Source of the DNA: Dicyema japonicum
Lineage: Eukaryota; Animalia; Dicyemida
DNA: 64,000 nucleotides
Reading direction: 5' to 3'
Assembly (NCBI GenBank): GCA_011109175.1
Contig: RDEW01000004.1
Span: 1,477,067-1,541,066 of the forward strand
Made by a program: the position numbers and the translations under genes. The notes beneath the pieces were generated by a model, which was not told the DNA's origin, searched no databases, and saw only the letters and a program-made list of their open reading frames with translations. Below, in pieces: positions 1-12,964 of the stretch (position 1 is the first letter of the stretch; each line of letters begins with the position of its first letter).

Positions 1-404
1 TTTTTTATGTGTTCTCGGCAGTGCTGATAATAATAATAATAAGTATAATAAAGTGTTTTACCAGTTAATTTTAGAATGTGACAGACCGCACCTAGTTTTT
101 TCCAGTAAATATAACAAATATTTTAGCTGTTTCATGTTGACTAGACATAAAAAAATATTTTATATTAATATTCTTGCAATTTACCTCAAGACTGATATTT
201 TTTCCAAGTCTTTTAGCGCAGTCAGGGCAGCCACTGTATGAACTTTTTGTATATTTTTAATAACAAATTGACAGTCCTTTCATTGTACATTTTCTTTGGT
301 GTTGAATTTTGAAATTAAACTTGCAAATGAAATTCAAATCATCAAATATTTGTTAAATTCTTCATTTAGTTCAAGTAGGTTAGAAAAACTGAAAATAACG
401 AAAT

Positions 405-565
405 ATAGATAAATACTCGGCCATTGAAGACCGATTCAAACCTGTGGCTATAGATAGGTCGGGAGCCGTAGGACCCCTCACTGCGACCTTTCTGAAAAGA
501 ATAGAGGGAAACTAGCAAGCCAAAAAAAAACCCCGAGAAAAAAGAATCCCGGCCTATTAGCAATG
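405..565 (+). mobile_element. CRE-clade non-LTR retrotransposon C-terminal (RLE) fragment
   Basis: Translation KYSAIEDRFKPVAIDRSGAVGPLTATFLKRI matches the CRE pattern KY..L..F.PVAIETSG..GP..FL. Confidence 0.55.
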
Positions 566-1290
566 AATTTATTTAAAATAATAAAAAACAATTATTTTTA
601 AGTCTTGACATTAAGACCGATCTTCTTCCATCAGAAAATTAACCTATAAATAAATTCGAAAAATGAACGTTCCACTATTCCATAAAAATTATTTTGTATA
701 ATAACTTGAGATCTAGGATAGTTTGGTGTTCCATGGATAGACGTTTTCTGAATTTTTCACATAAAGCTTGAATGTTGGCATTTTAAAATTCAGTCCCGTT
801 GTCCGACTGTAAAATTTGACAAGGTCCATATAAATGGAAAAGGGACTTCAAATGCCGATTTATTTAACAACGGCCTTGCAAAAGCGAAACTAACGTGGTT
901 ATATATAATTTTATATCCTTTGTTGACACTGAAAATTTTTCAGATCGATTAGGTCAATCTGAAAACGCTCATTTGGAGCAGACGCAAAAACATGATCGTT
1001 CTCGTTAACAGTCTAAGCAGTTATTTAAAAAAGATAACCTTAAGAGGAAGCGAAAACTTACAAACCTCACAATCATTAATAACTTTTCTTATTATGGAAC
1101 TCTTTACTACAAAATAGTTCGGACGGCAGAGAAATTCGATTTTATTGATCCCACTGTGTGTGATCAGATGTAGGGACTTGGCATGGGTTTTATCTCAGAC
1201 TCACAGTCAAGAGGAATAGTCAATTTTTCTGTGTTTCCGTTCAAGAAAAGTCTAAATTAAATCAGAATTAAACTTATCGTTTATAAGCGA

Positions 1291-1560
1291 GCCGGTGGCA
1301 TAGTGGTTAAGTGTCGGGCTTAAGTGGCTTAGGTTGCGGGTTCGAATCTCGCTGCTGTTCACCTGGTGGAAAGTTTCACGCATCTACGATGCAGAAAAGG
1401 TTTGACAAGTGACGCCGTCATCAGTGGATACTCACTGCGGAACTGGATTGTCTAGAAAGGACCCACACACAAGAAAAAGAAGAAAAAAAATGAAGATCAT
1501 TTCTTGGTTCTACGATTAGTTAAAATTAACTGTTCTTTACTTAAATAAAGTGTGTGTCCC
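1291..1560 (+). mobile_element. tRNA-derived SINE, 3' tail missing
   Basis: A-box (tggcatagtggtt) and B-box (ggttcgaatc) are present. The body is near-identical to copies at 24.3-24.6 kb and 61.3-61.6 kb. Confidence 0.85.
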
Positions 1561-1790
1561 TCCATTTTATTTGAGTACTTATATCTTTAGGATTGATTCC
1601 ACATAAGATCTGTTAAATTTTTTCATATTCGACAAGATCTCTGATATACACCCTAAATTGAGACATAAAAATAACTATGCCATGCTGTTAAAATTAAAAG
1701 AAATCAGGTTAGCCATTTAATAAATACAGTTTGAATTAATTTTTTTTAGAATTGATGAATTAGTTAAATATTGTTCTTATAATAGTTACA

Positions 1791-1889
1791 CTTAGGACTC
1801 GTCCTCTCTCTTGTCGGTCTGGGATCACTTAGTTAGTTGAGAACCTATTATTTCTTTTCTTTGACCCAGTGATCCTAGAGGTAATAATA
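1791..1889 (+). mobile_element. Short retroposed LINE 3'-end fragment with hairpin and (TAA)n tail
   Basis: TSD ataatagttaca at 1779-1790 and 1890-1901. Internal inverted repeat ggatcact/agtgatcc. Homologous copy at 17046-17149. Confidence 0.75.
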
Positions 1890-1902
1890 ATAATAGTTAC
1901 AA

Positions 1903-2110
1903 CCGTTTCCATGTACAGCCAGTGGTCGTCGAGACGAGCGGAGTCTTTGGCCCCAAGACGGTCTCTTTCCTTAGAGCACTTGGGTGTCTATTGACCAAAG
2001 CCTCGAGGGAGCGTCGGGAAACCGAGTGGCTTTTCCAAAGGATATCCCTGGCAGTAGTCAGAGGTAACAGCCACTCGATCATATCCGCTGGACTCAGTAA
2101 TTAACTACTC
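1903..2110 (+). mobile_element. CRE-clade retrotransposon 3' fragment
   Basis: ORF 1922-2104 VVETSGVFGP..FL..LG..RETEWLFQRISLAVVRGNS shows the typical CRE C-terminal QRISLA.QRGN motif. Confidence 0.8.
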
Positions 2111-2512
2111 ATGTTTCCTAATAATAAATTTGTTGATTAGGGAAAAAAATAATTACAAGAAAGTCATATTATGTAGTATCTCTTTGGTTACCATGGAAAC
2201 ACGTAAAAAACATGTTGCCCATAGGCTTCAGGTTGCACATGTGAGATAGTATTACGTGGAAACGTATTAAAATTAACAAAAGTTGTTTGTCAATTTTTAT
2301 ACTTTTAATGGAAAATTAACATTTATAATTCAAATTAGATTGTTGAGGGAAATTTCAGGAAAACTTTTTTATTTATGAATTTGTTTATGCAGGAATTTTT
2401 TATTGATAAATTAATTTCAGTATTTTTTATCAAAAAAATACTATTGATTTTCGCGTCATATATAAGGCGAAATTTCGGACAAATATATTTTCTGTAAGTC
2501 ACAACATTGTCC

Positions 2513-4524
2513 ATGAATGAAACTTCTAGAAATAAATCTACATTACAAAGAGCAACGTGGTCATCACGCTTTGATTTTTTAATATCTACCGTGGGTCTTT
2601 CGATTGGTTTTGGAAACGTTTGGAGATTTCCGTATTTGTGCTATAAACATGGCGGAGGTAAGATTTTAGATAAATTTTCTTAGGAGCTTCTTAATACCCT
2701 ATTTTCTAGCAGCAATATTTTGCGGAATTCCTCTAGTGTATACTGAAAGTCTAATTGGACAACTTACAAAGAGATCAGCCATAAAATGTTGGAATTTTTG
2801 CCCGTTGTTAAGCGGTACTTATAATTTTAATCTGCAATAAAAATTAAAGGAATCGGAGTAGCATGCGCCATTTCAAATATCTATTCGTCCACTTTCTACA
2901 TAATTTTACTGAGCTGGTCCTTTTATTATCTGTTTGCTTCATTTAAAAGTCCTTTACCATGGAAAAATTGTGACCCAAGCTGGGCCACAAAGAAATGCTA
3001 CACAAATTTTTCGCTGGTCATTGATGACTCATCAAAATATACCGACCCAGTAAATGAATATTTCATGTAATATTTAAAAAAGTATTATTTTATATAGAAA
3101 CCATGTTTTACGACGTAGTTCTTCTATCAATTATGTAGAATCCATGAATTGGCCACTTTTCGGGTGTTTGACACTCTCTTATGTTATTTGTTTCTTTATC
3201 ATTTATAAAGGAATAAAGATTTCTGGAAAAGTAACAAGTTTTTTAAAATACCATTCTTTATCTAGGTCATGTATTTTACTGCGATTACGCCATTTGCCCT
3301 ACTTTTTGCACTTTTGGTTCGCAGTTTAACTTTGGCAGGATCTAAAAATGGAGTAAAATATTTTCTTTACCCAAATATAACCAAATTAAAAACAATTGAA
3401 GTTAGCAAAAAATTTATTTTTAGATTTGGTCAGATGCTGGCACACAAATATTTTTTTCTTACGCTCTGACATGTGGAGCTTTGATTTCCTTGGGGTCTCA
3501 TAATAAATTGACTCACAATTGCTTGATGTACTGAGTAAACTGAAAACCTAGAGATGCCCTCAGATGCTCAATTTGCAATTCATTTTGCAGTTTGTTGTCA
3601 GGATTTGTTATTTTTCCAATCCTTGGATTTATGGCATCACGTCAGCATGTTTCAATAGACGACGTTGCTACATCTGGTTCACAAATAAATTATGATCCAA
3701 GGTCCTGGCTTAGCTTTTATCGCTTATCCACGTGCTTTGATAGAATTGCCGGGATCAAACGCATGGGCAATTATATTTTTTATTTGTTTGGTTTTGATTG
3801 GCATTGATAGTCAGGTTTGGTACTTTTTAATATTCAAGTTTGTCATAATGGAGTCAAGTGTTCTCTGTATTGAAGACATATTGGATGGAAGGTTCAATGT
3901 AAAATATAAAAGAGAAATCATAACTTTGTTGTTATTATTTTTCTCATATCTGGTCAGTATAACCATGGTCACTAACGTTAGAAAAATTTCACCAACTTTT
4001 AGGGAGGAATTTATATTTTCCAATTATTTAACGGATTTTCTGGTAGCAGAGTTTTGCCTATTTTGGGATTTTTTGAAATTACTGCAGTTTATTGGATTTA
4101 TGGTTTTATTAGTTAAAGTGAATTTTCATAGGTTTTGACAGATTAATGAATGATCTAAAACATCTTGGATTGATGGCACCTCCATATTTTTTCAAATATA
4201 ACTTTGTTATAATAACTCCAATATTTTCAATGGTATCAACCATAATATATCTTATCATAGATTATTTTTATTATCAGCCTCGTTACAGCACAAGAATTTA
4301 AATACGACGATTACTATTACCCTTCATGGGCGATAGGAATCGGAGGTCTATTATTATGCACGGTTATTTTTCCAATTGCCGCAATTCCACTTTATAAATT
4401 TATCACATCAAGAGAAAAAAACATTCTAAAGGTATTTATTCTTCATTAATTTAAGAAATTCAAATTGCTCTTTGATTGCAAGGATGTCATCAAAAATAAT
4501 GATATAATAAGTACTGAATTATGA
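2513..4524 (+). CDS. SLC6 sodium:neurotransmitter/amino-acid symporter, multi-exon with ~14 micro-introns
   Basis: Spliced translation [36 protein letters not shown](G)AFLIPY, LPWKNC..W...[31 protein letters not shown]. One 1-nt deletion near 2688 breaks the frame. Confidence 0.92.
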
Positions 4525-4739
4525 TTAGTTATGTCTAATAACATTAAATTAAATTCTTAGTTGAAAATTTAAAGGGTTTTCTAATTTATTTAATAACTTT
4601 ATCATAACCTTTCCAGTGGTGTAATGTTTGTTCATCTGGATGCGGAAACCTCTGTAGTCTTAAAACATTTGTCTTACGTTTGTATTAAAATATTCAGAAT
4701 ATTCACCTCAGCTCGCTCATGGGATCTCCGTGAACCCTT

Positions 4740-5590
4740 CTCGAAACAAACCCAGGACCATGTGGAGACTTAATAATATTACAACTAAATGCAAATGGAA
4801 TTAGAAGGAAGATTCTGAAACTTCAGACTCTTTTCTCCGAAAATCGAGTTGACCTCGCTCTTATCCTTTAAGTCAACACATTTCCCCGGATACATAATGA
4901 TCAGAAGAAACGTCAGAGAGGCGATCTAACCTTATGTTCCCTATATTTAGCAGGACTTGCTTCATGTAATGTTAATTATAGTTTTTCCTGCGACCACAAT
5001 CCTATCCTTCTTTAGTTAAGAAGATTTCAACGTCTCCGGACACATCAGACTGAAGATAGGAGATTCAAGAATTTTATGAAAGTTGATTGGTCTGGTTTCT
5101 GTAACTTCGTTGACAAAGAATTGGCCATCACAAATACATTCGATAGATAAGACCACGAAAATTATCAATGTGGCAATTCAAATAACTTACATTTTGTTTA
5201 TTCCTATCTCATCATATACAAATTTTATACCTACCCTCAACTCTCGCAAACTAATACACCTTAACTTACTTATGAAGCATTACGCTGCGATTTCAAAACA
5301 TTTTCGAAGCATCAGGAATCAAGGTGTACATCCATAAACTGAAAAAGGAACTTACCACGAACTATTTTCAGATAAGTAGGTCTCAGATATTATCGTCGGA
5401 TTAATGAGTGACCATTCCGACCGCAAAATCGATATATGCTTTATAAACTTCATAGTGTCATTCCAAAGAAAAACCGGAAATTTTCATTGAATCTGTTCAG
5501 ATACAGGTAACAAGGTCTCCTTCAATTCTTGGAGCAACGTACAACAGGCTGTTGAATTTCGACTCCTATGGGAAGCAAATCTTCACCAAA
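4740..5590 (+). mobile_element. I/Jockey-type LINE relic (AP endonuclease and start of RT)
   Basis: LIILQLNANGIRRKI..L..NRVDLAL at ~4770-4865, CDHNPIL at ~4990 and IPKK at ~5460, with many stops. Confidence 0.6.
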
Positions 5591-5629
5591 GGCATTTTAT
5601 TAGATTCAAAATATGAAGAGAACAAACTT

Positions 5630-6240
5630 TCAAATACAAGAAAGGATTTTACAACCTAAAAATGTGATGCCATGCAGAGATAATAAAAAATTACCAAGAA
5701 TACATTCAAAATCACAATCATCCTTATCCCCTCTATCCACATCCAAGTCAGTCGTCTCTCCTTTTTTTGCATCCATTGGGATTTGATGGGAACTGCTACA
5801 TGACAGTTCTACAAATAAGTTGAAATCAGAAATAAACTCATCATCCGACACATCTATTCCACGTTTGTGTTCAATCAAGATAGTATCCGGAGTTTTTTTT
5901 AATAAGACTGATTGGCTGTAAGTCTTCGTTGTTATTTTTATAGATAATTTTAAATAATTCTTAAGGACTTAGAGACAACTACTCCCAATTCCAATAATAT
6001 TCACTTGAGAGTCATAAAGAAACGAGTGCTTAACGGCAAAAATGTCATATTTTGAAACTTCTCAATATCGAATTTTTTGGCGATTTTGTTACGTAATTGC
6101 AACTTCATTTAGAGTTATTCCAGTTTCATCTTTTTATACAATAATATATTTTTATTCGGTCAATATTGATGTATCAACCCTTATTGGTCGATATTGTTGA
6201 CTGAACAATGTCCATTCAACTTTCTAGACCTGCCATATTA
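5630..6240 (-). mobile_element. Possible degenerate IS630/Tc1-like transposase
   Basis: GRSRKL HTH-like start, then FISDFNLF...MDAKKGET resembling FIDESGFNL...G.A.KG. Heavily decayed. Confidence 0.3.
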
Positions 6241-6354
6241 TCTGCTGAGATTAAAATGGATGCATCTCACGACTTCACAGAGATTCTGAACATGAACACT
6301 GCTTAGTAATTAACCACATTGGGTGGCGAAACAATCAACATAAATGTGACAAAA

Positions 6355-6600
6355 AACACAGCACTTTTCGTGAGAGCCATCTTACACATAGGCAGACACA
6401 CACTTTATTAGAGTAAAGAACAGTTGATAACTTAAATTATTCCAAAGACTAAGGATAAAACTAAACTAATTAATTTCATGATCCTGACGCTTTCTAGCAG
6501 AATCCTCACCCAAACACAGTGATCCAGAGAGCGTTGTCCAAGGAGCTGAGGTCAACTCCAGAACTCGTCGCCAAGGAGCGAAATTGTCTCCCGATGGAAT
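6355..6600 (-). mobile_element. SINE/LINE 3' end remnant
   Basis: Reverse strand carries aactgttctttac..taataaagtgtgtgtctgcctatg..tggctctcacgaaaagtgc, the SINE tail. Confidence 0.6.
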
Positions 6601-6929
6601 AAATGTTGCTAGTGAGTTTTTGTAGACAATAACTGATGACGACTCAGTGAAATTCTCAATGATCTCATCATACCAAAAATTTTTTAAAATAAATTTAACA
6701 AATGCATTAAATTAATTATTTTATTATAACTAACATTAAAAAATATTTATAATTAAAATTGATTATTCAATATAACATTCCAGGTTGGTGTCAGCTTACT
6801 TGTATGAAAAATGCAAATTTTTTGATTATTTTTTCTTTAATATTAAATCTAATTATTTAACAAAATATTTCTATTAATTTTTATTTAATTTATCCTGAGT
6901 ATTATGTAATTTTCAAGGTCTGTCAGAAA

Positions 6930-9238
6930 ATGGAGAATAAGGAACAATTTTTGTTGATTCAGCTGAAACATAACATCGCCAAGTTATTAATGGAATCTGA
7001 CGTCAAGCATTTGAGCACTGCCATTAATTGGCTCGACAATATTGTATGCCAAATAAAAGCAACAAATAACATTGCCTGTATGCTTTCGTTTATTTATTTT
7101 GAACTTATCATTTGTTTATCTCAATTTTAAATTTTACTCTGAAATTTTATTTTTTGTTTTTTAATAAATTAATGGATATTTTTAGTCAATAACGAAAATT
7201 ACGAAGAAGGCTTTAATTTTCCTGTTGGCTTTTTGGATTGGTTAATACAAACACTCCGCTTTTGATACTGAAAGCAATTCCATGGATCGACATGAAAGTC
7301 TGTGAAGCGAGAGTTCTCGGAACAGTCACTTTGGGTAGTAAATTTTCTTAGTTAACATTAGACGAGGAGAATGGACTAAGGGATCCAGTTTGGGTCGACA
7401 AATGGATTAAGTTTAATGACGACAAATTCGAGTCTGTTTACCAGCAGAAATGGACAGATTTGGTCTTGGCTATTACAAGCATTTTGTATCGTTTTCAAGA
7501 AGATCTCCAGGAAGTCGTTGAATGGCTCGAACGAAAAGTTGCTTCCTACAAAATTAGCGGAGGAGTCTGTAGTGGTATTTTTACTTATAACTTATAGCTT
7601 CCCAGTCGGAAACGAGTGCAAAGTTAATTGAACTTGATGAGACCTTCAATCAATTAATTTCAAATCTTTCAGATAAACTTTTGATGACCTTCATTCTTTG
7701 GATTGACCATAAATTGGCAGAGAATAGACTCACAAGCGAATTTTCGTTCGGTTTGTTTTATTTCTGCCTGTTTTATCCTATTTTGCATAGCAATTTTATT
7801 AATTTAATTTTAGCACTAAAATGACGATTTATTTTTAGAGCCTGAAGTTCCCTTATACGTTGCTGAATGGCTGAAAATAATTCATGGGAAATCCACATCA
7901 AGCCAACCCGTTGAATCATCCTCATTAAATGACCAGGATCTTAGTAATTTTCAGTCACAAATGTTTGGCTCTGGATACAATCAGCAGTATCTTTCTCCAA
8001 ATTTTCAAAAAGAATATTACAGCATTCAAAGAGACATGAATTATATTGAAGAAATGCCCATCCAAAAACTTCCGATTATGGTGCAAACAGTATGTGATAA
8101 AGATGCCAAAACTCTTGGACTTTTGTCTTCTTCTGAACCAGTTGTTATTTCCATTAAACTTAAAAAACCTGATAATCGAGGGATGAAACCTGTGAGATAT
8201 GAACAAATGCCTAGTTACTCCACCGTTATTGAGTCGCTCCAAGCATTTCAAGAACGTCAGTTAGCTGCCGAAAATGTTAAAATGGAAGATACTGGAGATG
8301 ATGGAAAGGAATATACTTGTCCACATTGCTCACAAATTATGATTGGAATGAATACAATAAGTCAGCATCTTGACGAAAGTGGAATTTCCTTTGAATGGGT
8401 TAAAATGGGTGACCAAATGTCAGTAATAATTGCCGAGGAAAGCGACGAAGAGGAAAAAAATGCAAAGAAACTCGCAAATGAAATTCCTGTATTCCAAGTT
8501 GCAACGCAGACAACTTCAAAATTGGAGAGACATCTGTTTCCTCCTCTGAAGAAATTCACAAAATCTGCAACAGCCAAGGCCTTTGACGGGCGAAAAGTTG
8601 TTTCTGAAAGTGTTCTCGCAAAATTGACAAAGGCACGTTCTATGAGGACGTTTGGAAAGAGAAAGAAACAATCTTCAGAGGAAGAAGATGATTGTGGTGA
8701 GTCTACATATGGGACTGTCATTAATCCTGGTGCGGAGCAACTGAGTCCGATTCCTTCCGATAAATCTCATCTTAAAGCTCTAAAAGCTGTTGCCCGTGGA
8801 ACACGCTCTAGGCCATCTCGTGGTATCATACCAAGCTATGAGTTCAGCGACGATGACGATGAAGCTGATGAAGAATCAGAAAAACTGGAAGTTAAACCAA
8901 CTAGACCTCGTAGGACAACTAAAAGTACTGTCATTGATTCAGATTCTTCTGTATCATTAAATACTTCTTTTGAATCTTCAGAATCCGTTGAAGAAAGACC
9001 AAGGCCACGCAGAATAAGGAAGAAACGTTCAGACAAATCCGCCACTAGTAATGAAGAAGAACAAGTTGAGCCAGGAACATATCCATGTCCTTACTGCACT
9101 GAGATATTTAACGATCCAGGTGTCTTGGGTCAACATTTGTTTGATCACGTTTATCCAAATAAACGTAAAGATGGAAACGAACCTCAACAAGATGAAAGTG
9201 CTGTAGATAATACTGCTAGTAGTACTACACGTTCTTAA
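6930..9238 (+). CDS. Orphan protein with two widely spaced C2H2-type zinc fingers and acidic/basic low-complexity linkers
   Basis: The 425-aa terminal ORF contains YTCPHCSQ..QHLDES and YPCPYCTEIF..LGQHLFDH. Upstream exons from 6930 join through GT-AG introns. Confidence 0.75.
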
Positions 9239-10799
9239 TTATTTTTGGATATTTTTGTTAAAATAATGTTTGCTTTAATTTTGCGTTTTTACCTCAATTT
9301 TAGTCAGTTTATAGGGAAATTTTTATCAATCGAGAAATTGTCATGAATCTTTCTACCATCTTACTCATCGTAATGGATTAAATGTATGCCGTTATTTTTA
9401 TTTCAATCCATGAAACTTCCATGTGATTTAATACCATTGGAATATCATCTCACAAGTAAACAATAAAGATAGTTTTTATTGCTCTAACATTTACATCGTT
9501 CTAACGACTTTTCTCTATTGTATTGGAGTATTTTTTGAAAGTAATATTTTTTTCAAAAATTGTCATTTAAAATTGAAATTGGTAACATTCCAGATCAATG
9601 ACCTTCTATTAGAGAATTTGAAAATAGTATTGATATTTTTGCATGCAAAGAAATGAGTTTCCTCAGGTCAACCATCTTCACATATTGAATAACATAAATC
9701 GGGGATGGAAAACTGAATTATTGCACTTATTAAGTTTTACTATCTAAACTTGGATCTTGCCAGTTTCATTAAGAGTAATGTTCAGTATTTCCTCTATAGT
9801 ATGCCTTAGCGACTCGTCCATAATTCTTAAAAGGTCTCTATTCAAGATGAAGGAAATTTTCATAAAGAGACAAACGTGAGATAAAAATTCCTAAGGAAAA
9901 TGTGTGCTGTATGCGAATCGAGGATTGTTAGGTTAGCCGAGAAAAGTTAGACAATTCGTTTTTTTTGTAAAAAAATAAGTTAACATTTTTTGTGCTATAC
10001 AATATCAATGAAGAAAATATGGCTTACAAAAACAAATTGAAATTCAATTTTTTGTTATCAGCGTTAGAGGAAAAGCACATTACCTCTTTGTGATGACACC
10101 ATTATTTTTTTAAAAACATATAATATTGAAAGGCATTACCATTGTTATACATCGATTTTTGATTCACCGTGTTCAGACTCGAGGGCTCAAAAATATTACA
10201 GCTAAAGACTCAATATTTTCGACAATCTTCGCTATTTATTACTGAAACAAATTGTCGATGTCCGAAACACGTTTGTCGATAGCGATTTATCTTAACCTTC
10301 CACAAGGCATTTAGGAAACAATTAATTTAGATACAAACAGAAATTTATGGGCGTAATTTGAAACCTCTGCTCAAAGAATGTGATCAGTAAGAACTTTCAT
10401 TAAATTGATAAGGATATTCTCTATATCAACTGCGGTAACAAAAGTAATGTCTTTAATAGGCCTTCTAAACCGGTACTGCTGCATTCTTGGAATAATAGAA
10501 TAGCTGGTAACTTACGCAAAAAGGCTCTACGAAAAGTCTCGACATTAGTTACATATAACTGCATCTGGGATCATATGGATAACTATCTGATATTAAGTCA
10601 TAGTGGATTGGGAGATCAACGTTTGATATAGTTTAGAGCCAAGGATGGCGCTGGATTGTAAATCAAACATACCAAAATGCACGACAATCATTGGCATAAA
10701 CCTATCGATGAATTTTGATGCAGTCCGTCGAAAGTTATTACAGAAGCCAATGGAGTTATTTTTCGACTTTGACTCGGTAAAAATGATAAGAGTCTTTTA

Positions 10800-12270
10800 A
10801 TACAACACCAAGCTAAGAGTTTGAATTGACAGATGAATTTGCATACAATGTGGGTACGAAAAAAGTCGTCACGTTGTTTGTTTTGGTGTTTCCGAAACCG
10901 AAGAGCTGACAGAAATGAGCAATCTGCTCGTTATCCTTCGTATTCGGAAGTCAAAAAGCATTCAAATCAATATTCCAAATGGGGTATGAATCCAGGTCGG
11001 TTTCTACCTTTCATGTCTCATTAACGACCAGAGGACTTGGTGCTTATTATTCCACCGCCGGAAACTGAATTCCACATAACGGATTCCAAAGTTCTTTGTA
11101 CTATTAAGCCGCAACATCATAGTAATTGATGTATCTATGGCAAATCAAGGATATTACTTGCTGTTGCCTGACAAAACTTGTTATGTGCAATCCATCGTCA
11201 TGTTTTGAAGATCGTCAATGGTGATATTCCCAGCTATGCCAGAAATATTTTGCTCGGCGTGAACTTTCATGAGTTCACAAGAACGATAAAGGTAATTCTC
11301 AAATTGCTGTCAGGAATTACTTCCTCCTATATGTTCGAAGATTGCCGAAGACGTGTTTGCACCCAATTAACGTTAGATTTATCACTCGTTTAGTGGATGG
11401 ATAAGAAGCTACTCTACTCATACAGCCAATTGCACCATCCAGAGAACGGTTGCTATCAAATTGGAAATCTTTAGCACATTTAACAGGGTTAACTGCTTTT
11501 TAGAGGTATGGGTGAGTCATGCTACATAAAATTGGAATCTCGAACTCATGGCATACGGAAGAGAAAGTGTTCGTGTGTTCGGAAAGGAAAGTCGTTCACT
11601 CACTGACGGGCGTCCAACAAGGAGACCCATTGCAATCTCTTTTCTAGCTTTAGCGATCTACGACGTTGCACGCAGTATAAATTCTCCCTTCGATTAGTGA
11701 TATCCAGACGATTCTAAAATCGGTGGTCCCAGTGACGTCATGATGGACAACTTTTGTATTTTTTACTCTCTTTACGTATACTTAGTTGGATGGCTGGCTT
11801 GTTTACGAAAATGGAACTAATCAACATCTTACGTAATTTCTCGAGATCTCCAGACATTACATCCTCAGTGAGATCATAAAATTTGGCTTAAGTCAGCTGG
11901 ATTTCCTTCTCAGTTAGTGCACATAAAACTTATTAACCGTAGGGATAGAAAAATATTGAAGCGATGATCATGGATGTGTCAACACATTCACCACTTCGTT
12001 TTTGCATTTTCCTACCACTACGCCAAATACCGACTATGCTAAAAGAGAAAATTGAAAAAGTGCTTAGCATTAAGAGATCGCTTTTGTTACGTGCCAATCG
12101 CCTTCTAAACCTTTGAATAAGTTTGAAAATTTGGCAAAAAACTCATCAATTAAATTAAGAATGAAATCGAGAAGCGACTCAGAGACCCCTTATTAACAAC
12201 GATGGCTCTTTATTTTTTGAAATCACCATCGTCCATTGGCAACTATCTCTTGGAAACTTAGGCCTGATTT
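10800..12270 (+). mobile_element. Long CRE-clade retrotransposon relic (RT plus RLE)
   Basis: IKPQH (~11105), GVQQGDPLQSLFLALAI..A.SINS...YPDD (11608-11712) and CVNTFTTS..LRDRFCYVPIA (11975-12105). Confidence 0.7.
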
Positions 12271-12349
12271 TTTCTATTGTCTTATAATATATTGTTTTTT
12301 GTTAAAAAATGTTGGTACTTCTCAAGATAACCTCTTCTTCATTTTTTTC

Positions 12350-12600
12350 ATATACTTGGAGACGGCACTACGTGACGGAAGATACACTTAGAAACGTATT
12401 TCGAGTGTTTTATGAAGATAGCCTAGCTGAATCTATTTATACTGACGATGTCATATCATATCAAGGGTTTGATCAGATCTTCTTCACACATTGGAAGTGG
12501 CTTCTAATGAACTTAAAAAATATTCCCTAACGATAAATGTTTTCAAAACGGAAGTAGTAAATTTAGAAAATGAAAAGAAAATCAGATGAGACATGGATGA
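12350..12600 (+). mobile_element. Possible Merlin/IS1595-like transposase fragment
   Basis: TEDTLRNVF..SIYTDDVISYQGFD....H resembles TL..I...GS.I.TD...SY.GL....H. Confidence 0.35.
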
Positions 12601-12964
12601 ACTGGACTGAAGCATAAAATCAAGTATATCATTCAAACTAAAACTATAAAACGCCTTTGTTTAATCAGTCATACTGTACAATTTGTCAACGTGGCCAATG
12701 TCCAAGACTAAAGAATTGGGATAGACTCGTTCAATCGAAGCGAGTTCATTGCTCAGACTGAATTGCCCGTAAAAATAGAAAGAAACTATACATCATGTTT
12801 GCTTTACTAATCATTGAGTCTCGAGATCATTGATACGCTCTTTGGACATAATAAGAATAGAAATGATATGAACATTATGATAGACTCTGCTGAGAGTGGG
12901 CCACGTACTAGATATGGCTATTTTAAAATGAAACGAGATGACTATTTAAAAATGAAATGAAAAA

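Larger units (their letters stand above)
150..2246 (-). mobile_element. Degenerate Ginger2/TDD-like DNA transposon (copy 1) with an intron-containing integrase and nested insertions
   Basis: Minus strand encodes KSLHLITHSGINKIEF..CEVCKFSLPLK (HHCC), ERFQIDLIDL, GPCQILQSDNGTEF and HGTPNYPRSQ..IVER. Residues at 2211-2246 (gttgcccatagg..cacatgtgaga) resemble the TIR of copy 2. The left end was not found. Confidence 0.75.

Noticed and set aside
2670-2700. Frameshifts in conserved genes (SLC6 GGAF, GANP ~21555) as programmed frameshifting or insertional RNA editing
   Set aside because: They are mostly single-base losses in homopolymer runs, typical of long-read consensus error; there is no shared slippery motif.
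8362-9045. Minus-strand ORFs 8362-8721 and 8836-9045, and plus-strand ORFs opposite the RTE (17651-18385, 18937-19797)
   Set aside because: These are shadow ORFs antisense to real coding sequence.
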